From Pseudomonadota bacterium (GTDB taxonomy: Bacteria > Pseudomonadota > Gammaproteobacteria > Pseudomonadales > Pseudohongiellaceae), in the NCBI GenBank assembly GCA_046047495.1, contig JBJOHV010000018.1, forward strand, positions 46,048 through 110,047: a DNA stretch of 64,000 nucleotides. The letters run 5' to 3'. How positions within the stretch are numbered: position 1 is the stretch's first letter; each line of letters opens with the position of its first letter. Positions 9,786 through 19,025 of the stretch are shown here, one piece after another. The notes below the pieces were generated by a model. That model did no database searches, was not told the DNA's origin, and was given only the letters and a program-made list of their open reading frames with translations. The position numbers were made by a program, and so were the translations under genes.

Positions 9786-11192
9786 TCAATTCAGCAAATG
9801 GAAATAAACATAGCGCGCTTCGTTGTCGTAGGGAAGTTGGAAATCTGATTTAGAGAAATAACTGCTCTTTAGGTCAATTTCGACAAACAAATCTCGATAG
9901 ACAGGGCTTAGCGAGTTATAGACTGTTTCTTGAATGATCATGATGTTGAAATGTTCTAATCCAATTTCTCGCGCATGGTCGCTTATCAATCTCCAAATAA
10001 GTGGTTGTTTGCGAAGCTCCTCATATTTTGCTGCTTGTATAAGTGCATCACCAAAGAGATCATATGATCTTATTCCTCCACTTTGGAACGTTCCCTGGAC
10101 TGAGTTGTAGGCGAGTCCCATGGCCCCTTTAATCGGCCTTGAATAGCCAAATTTCTTAACCTCTTGATTGAATGCGGAGAACATCTCCAGCGCGGTAGAT
10201 AGTGCGCTATCTGCCAGGGATCTTGCTTCTGTAGGTAAAAACGGATATCCCACCGAGCTGATAAATCCGTCCCCGGTTTCTTTTAGGCGAAATGCCCTAG
10301 ATCTGAGAGGATTGTGTTCGTAGCCTTTCATACAAATCTCCAGAAATGCCTGAAACACACCCATAAAAAATTCCTGCGTCTTCTCGTGTCGAATGCCACT
10401 TGACCGCTGAACATCAAAGACATTAATAATCGCTTTACCCTCTTTTAATGGCATAGTGTTCTCTAGCTCATCTCCAAGTTTTATTTGCTCAAGTTGGTGA
10501 GGATATACAAGCTTAGAAAGTTGGTTATATAAATGCTGTCTCACGTCTGCTTCAGTTGCTTTTAAGTAAAACCTTGTCCGCATACTTGAGTAGAATATCC
10601 AGCTGAATATTAACCCTGCGAAAAACCCCTGGAGCAACTGAAGCCAATAGAGTGTAAAGAAATTTTGGTCAACTACTAGCAAGAACAATCCTGATCCAAT
10701 AGTAATTGTTATATTCCTAATAATCGTAATGTAATATGACGAATGAAATGCAAATGCAGTTGCCAGAAGAAGTGCAAAATTTATCTGCCCGGAAAGAGCC
10801 ACTCGCACACTTTCAACATTTGACAAACTTCTCGTACCAACTAGAACAATGTTTAAAGTTAGCAAAAATCCTAGCATACCGCTTATAAGCACTATATCTA
10901 GAATTACTGGACTTTTTTTCTCAAGACTTGCAATTAAATAAGTTATAAAGGGATAACTTACGACAATTAGTATGGGTATCGCATACGTAAATAATGTATA
11001 TGAAAGGTATGGATTTTCTTGATTCGCGGGATGGAGAAATGTCATTAACGAAGATACAGTCAAAAGGAATGCTGCAATCCTACAAGGCCAACCAGACAGC
11101 GCTCGCGAAGCTTCTGCGCTTAACTCAGCATTAAATTCAGCTTTATGGTGCTGACAATACGCAGAATACCGATCTTCATTAGCGGTTAGCAT
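9786..11192 (-). CDS. Multi-TM protein with a C-terminal degenerate class III nucleotidyl-cyclase-like domain
   Basis: The N-terminal ~210 aa form about 6 hydrophobic segments. The C-terminal half aligns by eye to the cyclase homology domain: 'INVFDVQRSSG' (F-x-D-I-x-G-F-T position), 'ETGDGFIS' (K-x-GD-x position) and 'GLAYNSVQGTFQSGGIRSYDLFGDALIQAAKYEE' (G-x-H-x-G-x-V...GD-x-VN-x-A-x-R-x-E position). The canonical Asn/Arg are replaced. The coding sequence is AT-rich. Confidence 0.5.
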   Translation of the reverse strand: MLTANEDRYSAYCQHHKAEFNAELSAEASRALSGWPCRIAAFLLTVSSLMTFLHPANQENPYLSYTLFTYAIPILIVVSYPFITYLIASLEKKSPVILDIVLISGMLGFLLTLNIVLVGTRSLSNVESVRVALSGQINFALLLATAFAFHSSYYITIIRNITITIGSGLFLLVVDQNFFTLYWLQLLQGFFAGLIFSWIFYSSMRTRFYLKATEADVRQHLYNQLSKLVYPHQLEQIKLGDELENTMPLKEGKAIINVFDVQRSSGIRHEKTQEFFMGVFQAFLEICMKGYEHNPLRSRAFRLKETGDGFISSVGYPFLPTEARSLADSALSTALEMFSAFNQEVKKFGYSRPIKGAMGLAYNSVQGTFQSGGIRSYDLFGDALIQAAKYEELRKQPLIWRLISDHAREIGLEHFNIMIIQETVYNSLSPVYRDLFVEIDLKSSYFSKSDFQLPYDNEARYVYFHLLN

Positions 11193-11366
11193 GGGGTTAA
11201 CTACGGCTTGTTAAATTGTATGGATTTTTAGTTATTGTTAAGTGATTACGTTTTGTCCGCAGTAATAATCGTAAAAATATAATAAATTATGAACCGCTGG
11301 CTTATAAGCTAACAAATTAACAAGTACTAACATTTGAATTCAAGAAACTTAAACTGACTACGAGCA

Positions 11367-11960
11367 ATGGAGCAAAGCTTGATTCACCTTACAATTTTAG
11401 CTTTATATACCACGATAATTATCAGCCTTGTATGGGCGAGATTCAATGTTTTTTACACTCCAAAACACCTTACAACGATAAGCGTACTATACGATTCGAT
11501 TGTTTCTGTTCAAATTCTAGTTACGTATTATTCGTTAGTCATGGGAGCTCTGGATCCCATAATTCCAATAGCATTTTGCATTGGTCTCTATACATGCTCA
11601 CTCTACTTATTCTGGTGGTCCGTGTTTACTGCAAGAAATTTGGACTTTGCATTTAGTAACGAAGTTTCTAGAATTATTCGAACAGGGCCTTATTATTTTA
11701 TCAGGCACCCTTTCTACCTTTCCTATACCCTGTCTTGGATATCAAGCTCACTTCTGTTTAACTCGATAGGTTTGTGGATTACACTCGGTTTGTTGGTGAT
11801 CTTTTACTTCTTGTCAGCACGCAAAGAAGAGAAGGTTTTCAACGACAGCATGTATTCAATTCAATATGCAGAATATATACGAAGTACTGGCATGTTTCTT
11901 CCGAGGGTTACACAATGGAAAAATTGGCTTTTAAAGTTATTACCAACGAAGTATCAGTAG
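11367..11960 (+). CDS. Isoprenylcysteine carboxyl methyltransferase (ICMT)/phospholipid methyltransferase-family membrane protein
   Basis: About 5 TM segments. 'GPYYFIRHPFYLSYTLSW' fits the RHPxY motif. The C-terminal 'ARKEEKVFNDSMYSIQYAEYIRSTGMFLP' fits the EE..L...FG..Y..Y pattern of the family. Confidence 0.7.
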   Translation: MEQSLIHLTILALYTTIIISLVWARFNVFYTPKHLTTISVLYDSIVSVQILVTYYSLVMGALDPIIPIAFCIGLYTCSLYLFWWSVFTARNLDFAFSNEVSRIIRTGPYYFIRHPFYLSYTLSWISSSLLFNSIGLWITLGLLVIFYFLSARKEEKVFNDSMYSIQYAEYIRSTGMFLPRVTQWKNWLLKLLPTKYQ

Positions 11961-12517
11961 ATTTTTTCTTAGAAAAGTTCAAAAACTATGTTGGCATTAA
12001 ATTGCCCCTTGAATATGCAATAAACAACCAAGTTGTGGGAATATTCTTACACGATCAGCTAGTTGGTGGCTACATACTTGCGACCCAGCCACAGTTTAGA
12101 AGCTTGACCTTTGTCCCTGACAAAGTGAAAAGTAACTCGTCGTTTTTTAGAAAAGAGAAGATTGACATGATGGAAGTTAACGGCCTGTGGATTGGGCCAC
12201 AAGTCAAGACTGCAAAGCTTCAATTCTTAGTATGGATGCACCTTATGCTTGACATATTGAAGAAGCGAAAATCATATATCTTACTGATGAGCGACGCTCG
12301 CAATAAGAATATAGATTATATACACAGCTTGACTATGCCGATTCGCATATATGAAGGACCGCCGATATTAAGAGCGGGTGAGGAGAGTCATGAAACTGTA
12401 AGGGTGAGTTATACAACTCGTTATAATATTGCTAAAAACTTGCCTAGGTATTTAATGGAGTATCGAAGTCGCTCAATTAGATCTGAAGTTTCATCCACAC
12501 TGCATACGTATGCATAG
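11915..12517 (+). CDS. Hypothetical protein, possibly a GNAT-fold/thermostable-hemolysin-like acyltransferase (weak)
   Basis: The track ORF 11774..12517 overlaps the ICMT gene out of frame. The first ATG is 11915 ('MEKLAFKVI'), still 46 nt inside the upstream gene, and an alternative TTG lies at 12002. The layout 'VGGYILA ... MMEVNGLWIGP ... YILLMSDARNKN' loosely resembles GNAT-like families. The assignment is not secure. Confidence 0.4.
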   Translation: MEKLAFKVITNEVSVDFFLEKFKNYVGIKLPLEYAINNQVVGIFLHDQLVGGYILATQPQFRSLTFVPDKVKSNSSFFRKEKIDMMEVNGLWIGPQVKTAKLQFLVWMHLMLDILKKRKSYILLMSDARNKNIDYIHSLTMPIRIYEGPPILRAGEESHETVRVSYTTRYNIAKNLPRYLMEYRSRSIRSEVSSTLHTYA

Positions 12518-12561
12518 ATAGGTATACACATCTAACTTAAGGCAGTATTAAACCGATTTAC

Positions 12562-12590
12562 CCTCCTCCCATGATATGGGAGGAGGTTTT
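12562..12590 (+). terminator. Rho-independent terminator after the AT-rich island genes
   Basis: Perfect 11-bp stem CCTCCTCCCAT / ATGGGAGGAGG with a 3-nt loop (GAT), followed directly by TTTT. It lies 45 nt after the stop at 12517. Confidence 0.65.
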
Positions 12591-12788
12591 GATTATCAGA
12601 GCTGTGTTTAGTCTAGAATTTGGTTTCTTTATATCTTGGTCATCCCATTTCTGATATTACTTATAAGCTAGATTTTGCCCCTTTTCTGCTTTATTCTCCC
12701 GGTTCATTTTGCCGTCAATTTCGGTATTCATTTGCTTTGATTGGCGTTCAGGTTGGATTATTAAGTAGGTTTAATCGCAGATCAGGTT

Positions 12789-15536
12789 ATGAAAAAGAGC
12801 TCGAGATCGTCCTCAAATCGTAATTCTTCATCAAAAGCCGGGAAAAAGTATGTTTTTGCCTTTGGCCAGCATACGGATGGTAACGCTGCTATGCGTGCTC
12901 TTCTGGGCGGCAAGGGGGCTAATCTGGCGGAAATGGCCTCTATAGGCTTGCCAGTACCTCCGGGATTTACAATAAGCACTGAGGTCTGTACGTATTACTA
13001 TGACCACGACAGACGCTATCCACCCTCTCTTTTAAAGGACGTCGAGTCCTCTATCCACTCTATAGAACGGCAGATTGGTAAGGTATTCGGGTCAAGAGAT
13101 AACCCCTTATTGGTGTCTGTCCGTTCGGGCGCCAGAGATTCCATGCCCGGAATGATGGATACGATTCTCAATTTGGGACTCAACGACGAGACCGTTGAGG
13201 GCTTGGCAACAGTGTCCGGCAACCCCCGTTTTGCCTGGGATTGTTATCGTCGGTTTATACAGATGTATGGGGACGTCGTAATGGGCGTCCAGCCTCAAAA
13301 TGAGGAAGATGAGGAGCCATTTCACGCTGTTCTCGAGACCCTCAAGCTTTCACATGGCGTTCACCTGGACCGTGATTTAACAACGCCCCAACTCAAGGAA
13401 CTGGTTAAAAAATTCAAGTCCCTGATCAAGAAAAGAACCGGAAAGGCATTTCCCCAGGATGTCATGGAGCAACTGTGGGGAGCCATCAGCGCCGTTTTTG
13501 GCTCCTGGAAAAACCCACGAGCAATCGTTTACCGCCAGCAATACGGCATACCCGCTGAATGGGGTACGGCGGTAAATGTGCAGGCCATGGTATTTGGCAA
13601 CGCAGGTGATGACAGCGCCACGGGGGTCGCTTTTACCCGTGACCCTGCCAATGGCGAAAAAGTGTTTTATGGTGAATACCTTATCAATGCCCAGGGTGAA
13701 GATGTTGTTGCCGGTGTACGCACACCCCATGCAATTGCCGATATGGCAAAGGAATTACCCCTGAATTTCAAAGACTTGGAGCGCGTCAGAACAAAGCTGG
13801 AAAAGCACTTCAAGGACATGCAGGATTTCGAGTTCACGATCGAGAGCGGGAAGCTTTACATCCTGCAGACACGTAACGGCAAACGCACTGGCATGGCTGC
13901 CGTTCGAATCGCCGTAGAGATGCAACGTGAACGCATGATGAGCCAGGAGACGGCTCTTTTAAAGATTCCCGCCGAATCCATAGATTCCCTTTTGGTCCCG
14001 GTTTTTGATACCAAGGCGCTGAAAGCTGCCACTGTAATCGGAACCGGATTACCGGCTGGTCCGGGAGCAGCCACGGGACGCATCGCATTTAGCGCCCTCG
14101 CTGCAGAGCAGGAAATCAGAAAAGGCAATAAAGTGGTTCTGTGCCGGACAGAAACCTCCCCCGAGGATCTGAAGGGAATGTTGCATTCCCAGGGAATCCT
14201 CACTTCTCGAGGCGGTGTATCCTCCCATGCAGCTCTGGTTGCACGTCAGCTCGGCAAAGTATGCGTTTGCGGCGCCAGTGAGGTAATTATCAATTACGAG
14301 CGAAAGACCCTTACCGCCGGCAAGGTGGTACTCAATGAGGGCGACTACATATCCATCGATGGCACCACGGGAGCAATTTACAAGGGCATGATAGAAAGCG
14401 CACCGTCCGAGGTCAAAAGGGTACTCGAAGGTCGCTTGAAACCGGATCGCAGTTATACCTACGAACTCTTCCAGACTGTCATGAATTGGTCGGACAAGTA
14501 TCGCAGGCTGAGAATTCGAACCAATGCCGACACACCAGCGATGGCTCGCCAAGCTGTGTCCTTTGGGGCTGAGGGTATTGGACTTTGCCGTACTGAACAT
14601 ATGTTCTTTGAAGGTAATCGCATCGACTTCATGCGCCAGATGATTTTGGCTGTCGATGAAGTGGAAAGACGTGCTGCACTCAGGAAACTATTGCCGTTTC
14701 AGAAGAAAGACTTCATTGGATTGTTCAAGGAGATGAATGGCAAGCCGGTAACTATTCGCTTACTTGACCCTCCGCTTCATGAATTTCTGCCCCATGACGA
14801 TGTGGTTCGTCGCCAACTGGCAGACAAACTGGGAGTTCCACTGGAATTCATTATTGAACGCATTAAAGCGCTGCACGAAGAAAACCCCATGCTCGGCTGC
14901 AGGGGCTGTCGCCTGGGAATCCTGCACCCTGAAATCACAGAAATGCAGTCACGCGCCATATTCGAAGCAGCTGCACAAGTCCTGAAAGCCAAGAAAAAGA
15001 TCAAGGTAAAGCCGGAAATCATGATCCCCCTGGTGGGATTCAAGGCTGAACTGGCGGATCAGCTTAAAATCGTCCACCGTGTAGCCAGCGAAGTCATGCG
15101 GAAAACCGGTGTCAGTATCGACTATCTGGTTGGCACAATGGTCGAAGTCCCCCGCGCCGCAATTACGGCGAATGAGATTGCAGAAGAAGCAGATTTTTTC
15201 AGTTTCGGCACCAATGACCTGACACAGACAACTTTGGGTCTGAGTCGTGATGACATGGGTTTGTTCTACGATGCCTATTCCAAAAAAGAGATATACAACC
15301 AGAACCCGTTCGCCAGCATTGACCAGACCGGAGTGGGCCGCCTAATGAAATTTGCGGTTGAAAACGGCAAGCGGGTCAAGCCTGGCTTGAAACTGGGAAT
15401 CTGCGGAGAACATGCCGGCGATCCGTCATCGATTGATTTCTGTCACCAGCTTGGGCTTGATTACGTGAGCTGCTCGCCGCCCCGGGTTCCTGTTGCACGA
15501 CTGGCCGCAGCCCAGGCTGCATTGCGAAACAAATAG
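12789..15536 (+). CDS. ppdK: Pyruvate, phosphate dikinase
   Basis: '[27 protein letters not shown]' in the ATP-grasp N-domain. Catalytic His in '[22 protein letters not shown]'. PEP/pyruvate domain '[12 protein letters not shown]', '[11 protein letters not shown]' and '[11 protein letters not shown]'. Length about 915 aa. Confidence 0.92.
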   Translation: MKKSSRSSSNRNSSSKAGKKYVFAFGQHTDGNAAMRALLGGKGANLAEMASIGLPVPPGFTISTEVCTYYYDHDRRYPPSLLKDVESSIHSIERQIGKVFGSRDNPLLVSVRSGARDSMPGMMDTILNLGLNDETVEGLATVSGNPRFAWDCYRRFIQMYGDVVMGVQPQNEEDEEPFHAVLETLKLSHGVHLDRDLTTPQLKELVKKFKSLIKKRTGKAFPQDVMEQLWGAISAVFGSWKNPRAIVYRQQYGIPAEWGTAVNVQAMVFGNAGDDSATGVAFTRDPANGEKVFYGEYLINAQGEDVVAGVRTPHAIADMAKELPLNFKDLERVRTKLEKHFKDMQDFEFTIESGKLYILQTRNGKRTGMAAVRIAVEMQRERMMSQETALLKIPAESIDSLLVPVFDTKALKAATVIGTGLPAGPGAATGRIAFSALAAEQEIRKGNKVVLCRTETSPEDLKGMLHSQGILTSRGGVSSHAALVARQLGKVCVCGASEVIINYERKTLTAGKVVLNEGDYISIDGTTGAIYKGMIESAPSEVKRVLEGRLKPDRSYTYELFQTVMNWSDKYRRLRIRTNADTPAMARQAVSFGAEGIGLCRTEHMFFEGNRIDFMRQMILAVDEVERRAALRKLLPFQKKDFIGLFKEMNGKPVTIRLLDPPLHEFLPHDDVVRRQLADKLGVPLEFIIERIKALHEENPMLGCRGCRLGILHPEITEMQSRAIFEAAAQVLKAKKKIKVKPEIMIPLVGFKAELADQLKIVHRVASEVMRKTGVSIDYLVGTMVEVPRAAITANEIAEEADFFSFGTNDLTQTTLGLSRDDMGLFYDAYSKKEIYNQNPFASIDQTGVGRLMKFAVENGKRVKPGLKLGICGEHAGDPSSIDFCHQLGLDYVSCSPPRVPVARLAAAQAALRNK

Positions 15537-15551
15537 GCTGATGGCCTAGGG

Positions 15552-17471
15552 TCAACTGTCAGCATAATTAATCGGCGGCATCGGACAATCCAGGGTATCG
15601 GCGACAGCACGGAATAGCTCCAGTTCTGCGGCACTGACCACCTGATCCGCAATGATACTGGCTGCACAGGCCTTCAGAAGGGCTGGCTTCTGCAAAGGAT
15701 TGATGCCGTTGAGACGCTCCAATGCAGCATTCAAGCCCTTGAAGCTGATGTCGGAGCGGGAGACCATGACCAATTCTCCAATGCCCAGTTTTTCACTTCC
15801 CAGCTGAAACGCCCTCCGGTTGGCCGTGTCAGTCCCACCTCCTGCATAAGACAAAGCAGACAACAGCAGCGCACTCTCCCTGGGCATCTCCTCCAACTTT
15901 GCGCGACCCAACGGGCGAGGTTGCTTTTTGATGAAAACCGCGTCCAGATGGCGTGCGACAATCGTTTGCAATGACCACTCGAACAGACTCACTTTTTTGT
16001 CATATGCGATTAGCTTATCCATATTGTCACGCAATCGCATGTACTGTTCTTTCGACAACTGACGAAGGGTTCCCAGTGCGATATTGATCAATGGCAGTCG
16101 TATCTCTGGCGACAGTTTTCCGGCTACATCGCCAAGCTTTTGAACCTCTTCATATACGCCGAAATCCGCTCCCGCACGCAGCACATCCAGTTGCCCGCTT
16201 CTGACCGAACCATCGCCATCGAGCAACAACAGGTACATCACGGCACGAGCACCGGCGGGTTCGCGCGCGGCGGACTGCAAGGATTGCGGGATTTGCAACA
16301 AGATCTGCTGTGCCTGGGATACGCTTTCCCGGGATGGATTTCCTGTCTGCGCAATCAAGGCGTCTGCTATCAGCAATCCAGTTGCACCCCCGACACTGCC
16401 CGTGATTCCAGTTTGCTGCTCTGCTACCTCGCTTTTCGGAGTCTGGGGTTCGCTAAATGAGTCGGGATCCGGCAGCAGATCATACCGGCCGTCCCAGTTG
16501 GGAAGGACTGCTCTGATTCTGTCCTCCAGGGGTGGATGGGTGGCCATCAGCCCACTGAGCAGGACCCGCCCACCCTCCTCGAACAGGGCATGGGAAATCT
16601 CCATGCGATTGGGATTGGTGAGATAAGACCGCTCGGAATGATTTGCGATGCGTATCAAAGCGTGACCGATGCCTTCCGGATTGCGGGTGAACTGCACAGA
16701 CGAGGCATCTGCGAGATATTCCCTTTGGCGTGACACAGCAGCTTTGATCAGATTACCGAAGAACGTGCCCACATAACCGATGACCAGCAAACCCAGTCCC
16801 AGAAAGACAAGGCCACCGGAATCCTTCGAGCGACGGGCATGGGACCCACTTCGCATAAGGTGATATCCGATGATCCCGAGCACGAGAATGCCGTGCAGTA
16901 TCGCAATCAGGCGGATATTGATCCTCATGTCGCCGTGCAGAATGTGGCTGAATTCATGGGCGATCACCCCTTGCAGCTCATCCCTTGTCAATGACTCGAT
17001 GGCACCGCGAGTGATGCCGATGACCGCATCATCGGGAGCATAGCCGGCTGCAAAGGCATTTATTCCCTGCTCTTCCAGAAGGTAGACCGGAGGCACCGGC
17101 GTCCCTGAGGCAAGCGCCATTTCCTCTACCACGTTGAGGACCCGCTTTTCATGAAAATCAGGGGTGGAAGGCAGCAGGAGACGACCATCCAGCATCTCTG
17201 CCACTCTCGCCCCGCCCCCGGCCAGCGCGGCCATCTTGTAAAGACTCCCGGACACCACCACACTGAGCACAACGGCACTTACCAGCAGGAACACATTCCA
17301 GTCGAATACAGGAAGGTTTTGAGACTCTCCAGTGGAAGATCCAAAAAAACCAAAGACAGCCATGACCAGCACATTCGTGATCACTATCAATGACAACACG
17401 GCAATGGCAAACAACAGGATCAACCTGCCAGTGTTGCGCTTGGCGATATCCTGAGACTGGAAGAAATCCAT
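15552..17471 (-). CDS. M48-family (HtpX-like) zinc metallopeptidase with a long C-terminal extension
   Basis: N-terminal TM segments. The HExxH motif is in 'VIAHEFSHILHGD', with further TM segments after it. An additional ~300-aa C-terminal region follows. The gene lies directly downstream of LemA. Confidence 0.8.
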   Translation of the reverse strand: MDFFQSQDIAKRNTGRLILLFAIAVLSLIVITNVLVMAVFGFFGSSTGESQNLPVFDWNVFLLVSAVVLSVVVSGSLYKMAALAGGGARVAEMLDGRLLLPSTPDFHEKRVLNVVEEMALASGTPVPPVYLLEEQGINAFAAGYAPDDAVIGITRGAIESLTRDELQGVIAHEFSHILHGDMRINIRLIAILHGILVLGIIGYHLMRSGSHARRSKDSGGLVFLGLGLLVIGYVGTFFGNLIKAAVSRQREYLADASSVQFTRNPEGIGHALIRIANHSERSYLTNPNRMEISHALFEEGGRVLLSGLMATHPPLEDRIRAVLPNWDGRYDLLPDPDSFSEPQTPKSEVAEQQTGITGSVGGATGLLIADALIAQTGNPSRESVSQAQQILLQIPQSLQSAAREPAGARAVMYLLLLDGDGSVRSGQLDVLRAGADFGVYEEVQKLGDVAGKLSPEIRLPLINIALGTLRQLSKEQYMRLRDNMDKLIAYDKKVSLFEWSLQTIVARHLDAVFIKKQPRPLGRAKLEEMPRESALLLSALSYAGGGTDTANRRAFQLGSEKLGIGELVMVSRSDISFKGLNAALERLNGINPLQKPALLKACAASIIADQVVSAAELELFRAVADTLDCPMPPINYADS

Positions 17472-17474
17472 GGA

Positions 17475-18071
17475 TCAGAAACTGACCTTGGGTACTGCCT
17501 GGATGGCTTCGCTGTCCTCAAATTCCAGCAAGCTGGCATCGGGTCCATGACCAAAGGTGCCGGCCACCAACGTCTGGGGAAAGCTCTGCTTGTAGGTGTT
17601 GTAGGCCATAACCTGATCATTGAAGGCCTGACGCGAAAATGCCACTTTGTTTTCCGTGCTGGTGAGCTCTTCGCTCAGTTGCATCATGTTCTGGTTCGCC
17701 TTCAGATCCGGATACGCTTCCATCACCACATTGAATCGTGTCAGGGCACCGGTCAAAGCAGTTTCCTTGGCGGAAAGATCCTGTATCAATGCAGCATTCC
17801 CCGGGTCTCCTGCGGCCGCAGCCAATCCGGCAGACGCGGCATTACGCGCTTGTATGACCGCCTCAAGAGTCTCCCGTTCATGTTTGATATATGCCTTGGC
17901 CGTCTCCACCAGGTTGGGAATTAGGTCATAACGGCGCTTCAGCTGCACCTCGATCTGTGCAAATGCGTTTTGATAGCGGTTCTTGAGAGATACCAGCTGG
18001 TTGTAGATTCCAATGAAATAGAAAAACAACAACGCCAGAATGACCAGGACGATGATGATGGTGATGTTCAT
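17475..18071 (-). CDS. LemA family protein
   Basis: Single N-terminal TM 'MNITIIIVLVILALLFFYFIGIYN'. 'LKNRYQNAFAQIEVQLKRRYDLIPNLVETAK' and 'RQAFNDQVMAYNT' are typical LemA. Its stop is 3 nt before the M48 peptidase start. Confidence 0.85.
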   Translation of the reverse strand: MNITIIIVLVILALLFFYFIGIYNQLVSLKNRYQNAFAQIEVQLKRRYDLIPNLVETAKAYIKHERETLEAVIQARNAASAGLAAAAGDPGNAALIQDLSAKETALTGALTRFNVVMEAYPDLKANQNMMQLSEELTSTENKVAFSRQAFNDQVMAYNTYKQSFPQTLVAGTFGHGPDASLLEFEDSEAIQAVPKVSF

Positions 18072-18183
18072 GAGTTGCTCCTATTGAGTTCATGTTCCGT
18101 ATTACAGCGCAATTATCGACTTCGTTCTTGTACTGTCTGCTGCACTATCTGCTCAGGGCTGTCCGAAAACGGGCTGCCCCAGC

Positions 18184-18900
18184 TTAACCTCGGCCAAGGA
18201 ATGGCTGAGTCTGGTTGAGTATTGTGGCATCTATGAGATTGACATCCTGGGGCAGTGACAACATGGCCATCACAACCTGGGCGACCTCGATCGGCTGCAT
18301 CTTGGGCTCCTCATTAGGCCTGTCGTTCCAGAAATCGGTGTAGACGCTGCCGGGATGTACACAGCTCACCATGATACCGAGATCCCTCCCTTCTATGGCG
18401 AGTGCCCGGGTCATCCCCTGAATGCCAAATTTGCTGGTCGTGTAGGGAACAGAGCCTTTGCGGGGAACCTGTGACGAAATACTGCCGATGTTTATGATGC
18501 GTCCACTGCCCTGCTCCTGCATGATTCGCATGGCTTCCCGCGCACAGAGAAAAGTCCCCGTCAGGTTGATATCCAAAACCCTCTGGAATGATTCCAGGTC
18601 CATGTCGGGTGTGGGGCCGCCAATGGCGATTCCTGCGTTGTTGATTAGTATGTCTACCGAATCCAGTACTTCCACGGCGTAGTCGAACATGGCGATGACT
18701 GTGTCCTCGTCGCTGACATCACCGCAGAAGCCAAAGAGATTGTCATGATCCAGTTCCATCAGGGCACTGTCCACCGATGCCTCGGATTGTCCGTTGATCA
18801 CCACACTGGCGCCGCGTGCCAGCAAGGCCAGTGCTATGGCGCGGCCAATGCCGCGCGTACCACCTGTGACAATTGCACCTTTACCCGACAAATCATACAT
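18184..18900 (-). CDS. SDR-family oxidoreductase
   Basis: 'KGAIVTGGTRGIGRAIALAL' is the TGxxxGIG cofactor motif. 'NNAGI' is present, and the catalytic 'YTTSK' fits YxxxK. Confidence 0.85.
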   Translation of the reverse strand: MYDLSGKGAIVTGGTRGIGRAIALALLARGASVVINGQSEASVDSALMELDHDNLFGFCGDVSDEDTVIAMFDYAVEVLDSVDILINNAGIAIGGPTPDMDLESFQRVLDINLTGTFLCAREAMRIMQEQGSGRIINIGSISSQVPRKGSVPYTTSKFGIQGMTRALAIEGRDLGIMVSCVHPGSVYTDFWNDRPNEEPKMQPIEVAQVVMAMLSLPQDVNLIDATILNQTQPFLGRG

Positions 18901-19025
18901 AGAATGAATCCCCCACCGGTCGCCAAGGTTTCGGTGTCACGGGTATTATTCCACCAATAATTCAGGATGTCGCCGCCCTGTAGATTTTGCTAAGCTCCGG
19001 GAACCCGTAATGCCAGAGAATAAAA

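Noticed and set aside
8800-12790. The AT-rich island as a prophage remnant, integrative element or known anti-phage defence system.
   Set aside because: I found no integrase, recombinase, transposase or phage structural gene, and no flanking direct repeats or tRNA boundary. The three genes do not match the composition of any defence system I know. It is retained only as a compositional-island finding.
12620-12823. A 67-aa ORF in the ppdK leader, and other short ORFs (60-120 aa) scattered through intergenic or antisense regions.
   Set aside because: They use alternative start codons and have no RBS, low-complexity or hydrophobic-random composition, and overlap with better-supported features. 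Nothing supports them as genes.
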